From positions 1-35,124 of the forward strand of contig CACXYG010000003.1 of the NCBI GenBank assembly GCA_902771745.1: 35,124 nt of DNA. Reading direction: 5' to 3'. The notes beneath the pieces are model-generated. The model saw only the letters and a program-made list of their open reading frames with translations, was not told where the DNA came from and did not search any database. The translations under genes were made by a program, and so were the position numbers. Shown here one piece after another: positions 1 to 7,288 of this stretch; position 1 is the first letter of the stretch; the number at the start of each line of letters is the position of its first letter. This DNA comes from an uncultured Erysipelotrichaceae bacterium (GTDB lineage Bacteria > Bacillota_I > Bacilli_A > RFN20 > CAG-288).

Positions 1-34
1 CGGTACAGACAATACCGATTCTTGGTTTTCTCAT
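1..34 (-). CDS. 5' end of an unidentified gene running off the left edge (MRKPRIGIVCT...)
   Basis: ATG at 32-34 on the minus strand, 3 nt after the TAG stop (38-40) of the upstream gene. Only 11 codons are visible, so no product can be assigned. Confidence 0.3.
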   Translation of the reverse strand, partial: MRKPRIGIVCT

Positions 35-37
35 ATG

Positions 38-880
38 CTACTTGCTCCATTCATGATTGACAATCTTATAGGTGGCAGAGAAATCTTCCTTTTCCAAGCC
101 TTTTTCCATCGCCTGTTCATAGACGATTACCACTCTTCTTAAGGATGGGACTTCCTTACCCATATCGTCAGCAACCTCTTTGGCAAAGTGAACATCCTTG
201 TTCATGTTCGCCACAGAGAAAGCAGTTGGGTATTCACCAGCGATGATATTCTTGGCTTTGCCATCTAAATAGAAGTTCTGTGCACCACCATAAGAGAAGG
301 CAGTGACGACCTGATTGAGATCAAGACCACAGGACTTGGCTAAACCTAAGATTTCATTAACACCATTTTGGATTTCACCAACCAAAGCGTTATGCAAAAT
401 CTTCATCAAATTACCAGCACCATGGTCACCCATATAGATGATATTCTTACCCATGCATTGTAAGATTTCTTCCACCTTGTGATAGACTTCTTCCTTACCG
501 CCGACATAGATACCAAGTTCGCCTTTGACGGCAGCTGGTTGACTCTTGACGACGGGACAATCTAATAAATCAACACCCATCGCTTCTAACTTCTTGGCGA
601 CCGTTCTGTTGGTGTCTGGAGAAATGGTCGACATATCAATACAGATCTGACCTGGCTTGAGGTATTTGCTTAACTCCTCATATAAAGCCAGCATATGTTC
701 ATTCTTGGGAACCATAGAGATGATGACGTCTCTATCCTTGATGGCTTCTTCATAAGAGGAAGCAAATGGAAATGGGGTTTCTTTTTTGACGATATCATAA
801 CCGATAAGGTCATACTTCTTAGCAATATTGGTAGCCATTGGCATACCCATAATGCCAAGGCCGATAAACGCGACTTTCAT
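38..880 (-). CDS. NAD(P)-dependent beta-hydroxyacid dehydrogenase (3-hydroxyisobutyrate / tartronate-semialdehyde reductase family); candidate sulfolactaldehyde-type reductase (YihU-like)
   Basis: 280-aa ORF with Rossmann motif FIGLGIMGMPMA at the N-terminus and family-typical catalytic Lys context (LMKILHN). It has PVVKSQPAA where the family usually has PVSGG; from memory, YihU also carries a basic residue there. Only 2 nt separate it from the upstream transaldolase gene. Confidence 0.8.
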   Translation of the reverse strand: MKVAFIGLGIMGMPMATNIAKKYDLIGYDIVKKETPFPFASSYEEAIKDRDVIISMVPKNEHMLALYEELSKYLKPGQICIDMSTISPDTNRTVAKKLEAMGVDLLDCPVVKSQPAAVKGELGIYVGGKEEVYHKVEEILQCMGKNIIYMGDHGAGNLMKILHNALVGEIQNGVNEILGLAKSCGLDLNQVVTAFSYGGAQNFYLDGKAKNIIAGEYPTAFSVANMNKDVHFAKEVADDMGKEVPSLRRVVIVYEQAMEKGLEKEDFSATYKIVNHEWSK

Positions 881-882
881 GA

Positions 883-1563
883 TTAATTACCTTTGGTATG
901 ATCCCAAGCATCACAGAAGACACCAAGACCATAGTTGGTGAATGGATGCTTAAAGGATTCTTCATAAACGGATAAACCAGCCGTGACAATATCACAACCA
1001 AGTTCGGCCATATCCGCAATCTGCTTACCGTTTCTGACCGCGGCAGCGATGATTTCCGTTTCATAGCCTTTCTCTTTATAGATATTGACCAACTGAGCCA
1101 TGTAGGCATAAGTGTCTTCACCAGAATTTTCCTTCCAACCTAAGAATGGTGAGACAAACTTAGCATGGATTCTACCAGCCTGGATAGCCTGAGATGGGGA
1201 GAAGACCAAGGTGACATTGGTTCTGACACCCTGTTCTTCTAATAACTTAGCGGCTTTGACACCTTCTAAATTGCAAGGAATCTTGATGACAAAGTTCTCG
1301 CATAAAGCAGAGATCTTCTTTGCCTGTTGAATGATTTCTTCCGCAGTTTCTAAATGTGGATTGATTTCCACAGAGACTGGGAACTTATCCATACCTTCTA
1401 GATGATTATCTTTAATCCAATTGGCGATATCCGTAATCGCAACCATGAATTCCTTGCCGGAGTTCATGATGTGCTTTGGATTGGTGGTCACACCATCAAT
1501 GCCATAGCACTTATAAGCCTTATCAATTTCATCTAACTTAGCAGAATCCAAGAAAAATCTCAT
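883..1563 (-). CDS. Short transaldolase / fructose-6-phosphate aldolase family protein; candidate 6-deoxy-6-sulfofructose-type transaldolase
   Basis: 226 aa. It has the MRFFLDSA...GVTTNP N-terminus and the VIKIP Schiff-base lysine segment typical of the FSA/TalC subfamily. The SD AAGGAGA lies inside the last codons of the upstream GH31 gene. Confidence 0.85.
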   Translation of the reverse strand: MRFFLDSAKLDEIDKAYKCYGIDGVTTNPKHIMNSGKEFMVAITDIANWIKDNHLEGMDKFPVSVEINPHLETAEEIIQQAKKISALCENFVIKIPCNLEGVKAAKLLEEQGVRTNVTLVFSPSQAIQAGRIHAKFVSPFLGWKENSGEDTYAYMAQLVNIYKEKGYETEIIAAAVRNGKQIADMAELGCDIVTAGLSVYEESFKHPFTNYGLGVFCDAWDHTKGN

Positions 1564-1569
1564 AATTCA

Positions 1570-3540
1570 TTATTCTCCTTTCTTAATGGATAGTGTCTCA
1601 AACAGTGGAGCAAAAGCAGAGCTCTTACGATAGAAAGCAATCGGCATTCCTAATGGAGCATCTACTTTGATTTTTCCACCCTGGTATTCCTTACCAGTGA
1701 AGAACTGCACCCAGTCCTCCTTTGGCAAATAGACTTCATGTTCTCTTTCTTTTTCTCTTAACACTGGAGAAACAAGAACATCTCGACCAAAGAGGTATTC
1801 TCTTTGGTTGACATAAGCTTCTTCTTCCGCAAAGTGGAAGAATAAAGGTCTCATACAAGGAAGATTATCTTCATAATACTGACGCAAGACTTCCTTACGA
1901 TATGGTTTCAACTGATAGAAGAGCTGAGAATTTCTTGCAAACTCTTCTTTCACTTCTTCATGATCGAACTGAACATTATCTTTTGGTCTATTACCCTCAT
2001 GTGTTCTAAACACAGGGCTGAAGACATTCATCTCCGACCATCGATTCATCAGTTCACTACCTCTTGTCATCATCATGACCGTGGTATAACCTCCGATATC
2101 CGAATGGACAACACCACAACCAGAGCAGGCAAGTGACAATGAAGCAGGAATAACGGATCCAAGACCATATTCATCCGAATAGTCGACATGCTGGTCACCA
2201 TTCCACATGGAGTTGGTGAAATGTAAGGTATGACCATAAGCAGCTCTGTTGAAGAAGAAGATTTCATCTTCCTTATGGCATTCCATGACAGCATCATGAC
2301 AGCACTTTGCCCACAAGGTAGGCCAACGGTTATGTAACTTCTTAGGATCGCCACCATAACAGACACAATCGGTTGGTAAATATTCGCCAAAGTCAGCCAT
2401 CCAACCCGACAAGCCATAGCCGATCATATTCTCTTTGATGATATTCTTATACCATTCATAGGCAGTGGGGTTGGTAAGATCAACAACACCGGCATCAAAG
2501 GTGGTGGATTTGATGTGGTAGACTTCACCATTTTTTCTTCTGACAAGGAAACTGTTTTCCTTGGCATAGTTATATTGTGGACTACCTTCTTTGACAAAGG
2601 TATTGATATAACCAAGGAATCTAACACCATCCTTGTTCAGCTCTTGAATAAACTCTTTTAAACCGTGATACAGCTCTTCATCCGCCTGCCAGTTCCAATA
2701 GACCTGATAACCGAAACTAGTAACCACATGACCGCACCAGTCCTGAGCCCATAAGGCAGCGACTTTTACGCCATCCTTTTTGGCTTGCTCATACTTTTCT
2801 CTTAAGACATCAATACCACCTTGTATGGCAAGAATAGCACCATCATTGACCCAATCCGGAACTTCTGGAGAAATGCCGACCAAACGGCATAAGGAAGCAG
2901 ATAATTCTCTGGTGTTATTTGCCGTTAGCAAGGTGATGGACTGAGGGAACTGACGGAAGGCAATGATGACTTCATCTTCATGGAAGGAAATCTTTCCATA
3001 ACTATCTTCATGGCAATAGAAGGCGTAATGTTTAGAAGAGATGAAGCTTGGAACAGAACAATAAGTCTGATGATTCTTGTATTTAGATACTCTATCGGGT
3101 TCGGGTTTGCCTTTGAATTTCCAGCGGAGTAACTTTTTAGCGATTTTTAATAAAGCTTGGTGTTCGCTGACCCAGATAGGAACATTCTTACCTTTCAAGT
3201 TCAGGGTTGTATATTGTTCACCACAACCATAGATTTTTTCATCCTGGAAGGTTTTAAAGCGAATGGCAAAATAGTCATAACCATAATCGACATGGAAGTG
3301 GAACTTCAAATTTTCACCTTCTTCGACGATGATTTCAGCAAAGACTTTGCCATCGCTGAAGATATAGCGATTGTTCTCCACATGATTAAATGTCAGATGA
3401 TGTCTTTCAATCTGCACATTCTTAGTCTTGAAAGAACCTCTTTTCATCTTATAGGTACTATGTTCCTTGGCCACCGTCAAATAACACTGGCCATCACTCA
3501 ACTGTCCTAAGAAGTAATCCCTCAGCTCTTGTTTGTCCAT
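1570..3540 (-). CDS. Glycoside hydrolase family 31, YihQ (sulfoquinovosidase)-like
   Basis: 656 aa with GH31 motifs GWMADFGEYLP (nucleophile Asp), WNGD (acid/base), HSDIGGYT and FRTHEGNRP. It is collinear with E. coli YihQ as I recall it, at a constant 22-23 residue offset. SD AAGGAG lies 5 nt upstream of the ATG. Confidence 0.85.
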   Translation of the reverse strand: MDKQELRDYFLGQLSDGQCYLTVAKEHSTYKMKRGSFKTKNVQIERHHLTFNHVENNRYIFSDGKVFAEIIVEEGENLKFHFHVDYGYDYFAIRFKTFQDEKIYGCGEQYTTLNLKGKNVPIWVSEHQALLKIAKKLLRWKFKGKPEPDRVSKYKNHQTYCSVPSFISSKHYAFYCHEDSYGKISFHEDEVIIAFRQFPQSITLLTANNTRELSASLCRLVGISPEVPDWVNDGAILAIQGGIDVLREKYEQAKKDGVKVAALWAQDWCGHVVTSFGYQVYWNWQADEELYHGLKEFIQELNKDGVRFLGYINTFVKEGSPQYNYAKENSFLVRRKNGEVYHIKSTTFDAGVVDLTNPTAYEWYKNIIKENMIGYGLSGWMADFGEYLPTDCVCYGGDPKKLHNRWPTLWAKCCHDAVMECHKEDEIFFFNRAAYGHTLHFTNSMWNGDQHVDYSDEYGLGSVIPASLSLACSGCGVVHSDIGGYTTVMMMTRGSELMNRWSEMNVFSPVFRTHEGNRPKDNVQFDHEEVKEEFARNSQLFYQLKPYRKEVLRQYYEDNLPCMRPLFFHFAEEEAYVNQREYLFGRDVLVSPVLREKEREHEVYLPKEDWVQFFTGKEYQGGKIKVDAPLGMPIAFYRKSSAFAPLFETLSIKKGE

Positions 3541-3554
3541 ACCAACTCCTTTAA

Positions 3555-3575
3555 TAATTAAGCGCCTTAATTATT
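3555..3575. promoter_or_regulatory. Palindromic box 1 (TAATTAAGCGCCTTAATTATT), candidate operator
   Basis: Arms AATAATTAAG / CTTAATTATT (3553-3575) are exact reverse complements around CGC. The box lies directly upstream of the SD of the GH31 operon and is 19/21 identical to box 2. Confidence 0.5.
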
Positions 3576-3666
3576 GATATGTTACCCCTTTCTTATGCAA
3601 CTTTCAATCAATAGTGGATATATTTTTAACAAATTGAGACTTTTGCGAAGAAATATCAACAATATT

Positions 3667-3687
3667 TAATTAAGCCCTTTAATTATT
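3667..3687. promoter_or_regulatory. Palindromic box 2 (TAATTAAGCCCTTTAATTATT), candidate operator
   Basis: 19/21 identical to box 1 and 112 bp away. It overlaps the likely -35 region upstream of a TATACT -10 (3701-3706) for the transporter gene. Confidence 0.5.
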
Positions 3688-3750
3688 TGATTGATTGAAT
3701 TATACTAATCTCAGTTTTATGGTCGATAATACATAAGGAGAGAGCTTTTT

Positions 3751-5274
3751 ATGGAAGAAAACAAAGAAGTTTCTGCCTCCCTCGAGGCAGAGAAGCAAGT
3801 TTCCAAGACCAGTGGTTTAAAACCAAAAGATTACTTCGGTTACGCCCTTGGTGACTTTGCCGGTTGTATGGCCTTTGCCAGTGTCACGACTCTTCTGCAG
3901 CGTTACTACACTGACGTCTTTGGTCTATCCCCTCTGTTCATCTTGATCATGTTCATGGTCGCCAGAGTCTGGGATGCCATCAATGACCCAATGATGGGTC
4001 GTATCGTCGATAAGAAGAAACCTGGTAAACAAGGTAGATATCGTATCTGGATGAAGATCGCCGCTATTCCATTAGCGGTGGCTACCATTCTCTTATTCTT
4101 ACCTTGGCCAGGTTTGATCAGTAACATGGGTAAGATCGGTATCATGGTCTATGCGACCATCACCTACATCTTCTTCGGTATGGTCTACACGATGCATCAG
4201 ATTCCTTATGGTTCTCTTGCTAGTGTCGTCACCACCGATGATAAGGAAAGAAATGGTCTTTCCGTCTATCGTTCTATCGGTGCCGCTTTAGGTAATATCC
4301 CGATTCTTCTCATCACCATGCTTTGGACGGTGAAGAAGGATGTCGATGGTGCAACAGTCGAAATGGTCGACTACACCAGAACCATCATCGGTATTGCTAT
4401 AGTTGCTGTCTTAGTCGGTGTCTTATTATTCTTCGGCTATAAGCTGAACAAGGAGAGAGTCGTTGCGAAAGCAACGGAAAACAAGGAAAAAGCGAAATTA
4501 TCTGTTATTCTTTCTAATTTATTGAAGAACAGATCCTTTGTTGCGATTTCTTTAGTCGGTATGCTCCTTCTTGCCGGTCAGATGTTCACTCAGTCCTTCT
4601 ATACCTATTTATTCTCTTATAAGTTCGAAAAAGGTTGGATGAACTTAGTCTCAATGGCTATGACCTACTTACCAATGGTCATCTTGATGCCATTCATGGG
4701 TAAGTTGATCCGTAAGTTCGGTAAAAAAGAAATCTGCGCCTTTGGCGCTTTCTTGGCCGCCGCTGCTAACCTCGCACTATTTGCCATGAGAGGTGTTACT
4801 AACCTCGACTTGTTATCCTTCATCTTCTTAGCCTTCTGCTTCATCTCCGGCTTTGGTCTTTCTATCATCACTCTTGAAATCTGGGCTGTTGCCACTGATG
4901 CTATTGATGATGTTGAAGTCAAGACTGGTATGAGAAATGACGGCTCTGCCTACTCCATCTTCATGTTCTTCAGAAAGTTAGGTCAGGTCTTAGCTGCTAT
5001 TGTTGTCAACGTCGCTCTTCTTTCCATCCACTACCTAACCGAGGATGGTGCCATCAACAAGGTCGCCATCACTGAAAATGTCGGTATGTTCTATGATCTT
5101 GCCACAATCATTCCTGCTGTCATCTTTGGTGCGATGGGCTTAATCATGCTTCTCTTATATGGTTTGAATAAGAAGAAGACAGATGAACTCCAGGTCGCCA
5201 AGAAAGAAATGCTCGCCAAACAGATTGAAAATGATGAAATCGCCGTTGGCGAAGAAGCTACTACAGATAATTAA
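3751..5274 (+). CDS. Glycoside-pentoside-hexuronide (GPH):cation symporter family transporter (YihO/YihP/MelB-like)
   Basis: 507 aa with about 12 hydrophobic segments. The GPH signature region is ARVWDAINDPMMGRIVDKK...GRYR. SD AAGGAGAG lies upstream. Confidence 0.85.
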   Translation: MEENKEVSASLEAEKQVSKTSGLKPKDYFGYALGDFAGCMAFASVTTLLQRYYTDVFGLSPLFILIMFMVARVWDAINDPMMGRIVDKKKPGKQGRYRIWMKIAAIPLAVATILLFLPWPGLISNMGKIGIMVYATITYIFFGMVYTMHQIPYGSLASVVTTDDKERNGLSVYRSIGAALGNIPILLITMLWTVKKDVDGATVEMVDYTRTIIGIAIVAVLVGVLLFFGYKLNKERVVAKATENKEKAKLSVILSNLLKNRSFVAISLVGMLLLAGQMFTQSFYTYLFSYKFEKGWMNLVSMAMTYLPMVILMPFMGKLIRKFGKKEICAFGAFLAAAANLALFAMRGVTNLDLLSFIFLAFCFISGFGLSIITLEIWAVATDAIDDVEVKTGMRNDGSAYSIFMFFRKLGQVLAAIVVNVALLSIHYLTEDGAINKVAITENVGMFYDLATIIPAVIFGAMGLIMLLLYGLNKKKTDELQVAKKEMLAKQIENDEIAVGEEATTDN

Positions 5275-5298
5275 TTGACCCTTCCAAATATATCAACA

Positions 5299-5329
5299 AG
5301 AGATTCCTTCACCCGGGAATCTCTTTTTT
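5299..5329 (+). terminator. Rho-independent terminator after the transporter gene
   Basis: 9-bp stem AGAGATTCC / GGAATCTCT with an 8-nt loop, followed by TTTTT. Confidence 0.8.
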
Positions 5330-5363
5330 AATGAAAACATCGATAAACACAAGTGTTTTACTG

Positions 5364-5403
5364 GTTTTGTGTTTGTGCTGTCAGCACTTTGTGATAAAAA
5401 GTC
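5364..5403. repeat. Composite intergenic motif, copy A (GTTTTGTGT..TGTCAGCAC..TGTGATAAAAAGTC)
   Basis: Shares GTTTTGTGT, TGTCAGCAC and a 14-mer with 15190-15219; the 14-mer is reverse-complemented between copies. It contains the 13-nt palindrome GTGCTGTCAGCAC (5375-5387). Confidence 0.6.
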
Positions 5404-5518
5404 CATTGAAAAATTGGCAAGACTCGTTTTCGTAAACCATAAAACAACAATTAATCTTATTGCTTTTATTTACAATTTTCATTATTCTAAAACGATATAC
5501 CCACCAGGGAGAAAAGGC

Positions 5519-7288
5519 ATGTTCAAGTTACTCCGTTACATGAAAAGTCGCTGGTATTTTGCCCTACTTGCCCCACTATGCATGATCGGTGAAGTCAGTA
5601 TGGATTTCCTTCTTGTCACCTACATGGAGAAAATCGTCGACTTCGGCATCAACAGTGACCCTATCAATGTCGATAACATCATTCATTATGGTCTTATTAT
5701 GATGGCCATTGTTTTTGCTGGTGTCATCCTTGGTGTTTTAGGAGGTGTGTTCACCTCCCTTGTCGCTCATGACTTTGCCAACAACTTACGTAAGGATTTA
5801 TATAAAAAAATCATGACTCTTTCCTATCATCAGGCAGATAGTTTCTCTACATCTACATTAATCACCCGAGTCACCAATGATGTCACTCAGGTAAGATTCA
5901 TGATTGCTATGTCCTTAAGAAGTCTCGTTAGAGCCTTAAGTTTCTTTGTTCTAGGTATCTTCTTCACCCTTCAGATCAGTTCTAACTTCGGCATTCTTTT
6001 AACCATCATGCTGCCATTAGAAATAGCCTTTTTATCAATCTTCATAATAATCATCTTCCCAGTCTATAAAGTCATTCAGAAAAAACTAGATAGACTCAAT
6101 CTCGTCATGCACGAGAATGTCTCTGGTGCAAGAGTCATCAAAGCCTTCAACCAAGAAGATTACGAAAATAATAGATTCCAAAAGTCGAATGACGAATATA
6201 CCCAGACCACATTGAAAGTCGCTCGTATCAGCGCCTTATTAACACCGGTCTTAAACATCATCATCTTTGCCACCCAAATATTGATTTACTATATCGGTGG
6301 CACTTCGATTTTAGATTTCTTTAGCCTGGGATCTCAATTTGAAGGTGACATGATCAAAATTGGTGAAATCTCTCAAGCAGTCACCTATATCAACATGATT
6401 TCCATGGCGATTATGATCTTTGGTACAACCTTCTTGAATTTCGCTAGAGCATTTGCTTCAAGTTCTCGTATCAATGAAGTATTAGATTGTAAGTCGGAAA
6501 TCAAAGATGGAGATAAAAACTTAGAAGATACGGTAGAACATGGAACCATTCGTTTTGAAGATGTTTCCTTTCAGTATCCCGGTGCAAAAGAACCAGTATT
6601 CTCTCATATCAGCTTTGAAGTCAAACAAGGAGAGACAATTGCTATAGTCGGTGCCACCGGTTGTGGTAAATCCTCTTTGGTAAATCTTCTTCCTCGCTTT
6701 TATGATGTCACCAGCGGTAGTGTTTTTGTCGATGGCTACAACATCAAAGATTATAAATTAAATGATTTGAGAGATAAGATTTCTCTATGTCTACAAAAGT
6801 CCGAATTATTCAAAGGAACCATCAGAGAAAATGTTCTCTGGGGTAAACCAGAAGCGAGTAATGATGAAGTAAAAACCGCACTAGATATCGCGCAGGCCAG
6901 CGAGTTTGTCTTCCAAAAAGAAGCGGGTATGGATGAATGGGTAGAAGAAAAAGGCACCTCTCTTTCTGGTGGTCAAAAGCAACGTCTATCCATCGCTAGA
7001 GCCATCATCAAGAAACCAGAGATCATCATCTTTGATGATTCCACTTCCGCATTGGATTTGTTGACGGAAGCCAGATTACACACCAGTTTAAAAGAATACT
7101 TACCTGATACCACAAAGATCATCGTTGCTCAAAGAATCGCTACTGCCAAGAACGCAACCCGTATCATGGTCTTAGACCAAGGTCATATCGTCGCTTTTGA
7201 TAAACATGAAAACTTATTAAAAGATTGTTCGGTCTATCTTGATATCTACAATTCCCAGTTGAAAGATGAGGATAAGTTCTATGAGTGA
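5519..7288 (+). CDS. ABC exporter subunit (fused permease + ATPase), degenerate-site partner of a heterodimer
   Basis: The ATG at 5519 is preceded by GGGAGAAAAGG; the GTG at 5369 in the ORF track adds an implausible 50-aa extension. It has a six-helix TMD, Walker A GATGCGKSS and signature LSGGQKQR. Walker B is IIIFDD, with Asp in place of the catalytic Glu. Confidence 0.9.
   Translation: MFKLLRYMKSRWYFALLAPLCMIGEVSMDFLLVTYMEKIVDFGINSDPINVDNIIHYGLIMMAIVFAGVILGVLGGVFTSLVAHDFANNLRKDLYKKIMTLSYHQADSFSTSTLITRVTNDVTQVRFMIAMSLRSLVRALSFFVLGIFFTLQISSNFGILLTIMLPLEIAFLSIFIIIIFPVYKVIQKKLDRLNLVMHENVSGARVIKAFNQEDYENNRFQKSNDEYTQTTLKVARISALLTPVLNIIIFATQILIYYIGGTSILDFFSLGSQFEGDMIKIGEISQAVTYINMISMAIMIFGTTFLNFARAFASSSRINEVLDCKSEIKDGDKNLEDTVEHGTIRFEDVSFQYPGAKEPVFSHISFEVKQGETIAIVGATGCGKSSLVNLLPRFYDVTSGSVFVDGYNIKDYKLNDLRDKISLCLQKSELFKGTIRENVLWGKPEASNDEVKTALDIAQASEFVFQKEAGMDEWVEEKGTSLSGGQKQRLSIARAIIKKPEIIIFDDSTSALDLLTEARLHTSLKEYLPDTTKIIVAQRIATAKNATRIMVLDQGHIVAFDKHENLLKDCSVYLDIYNSQLKDEDKFYE

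Noticed and set aside
5369-5518. GTG-initiated 50-aa N-terminal extension of the first ABC exporter gene
   Set aside because: The extension has no SD and covers intergenic-looking AT-rich DNA containing the repeated motif. The ATG at 5519 has GGGAGAAAAGG upstream and gives the normal ABC N-terminus.
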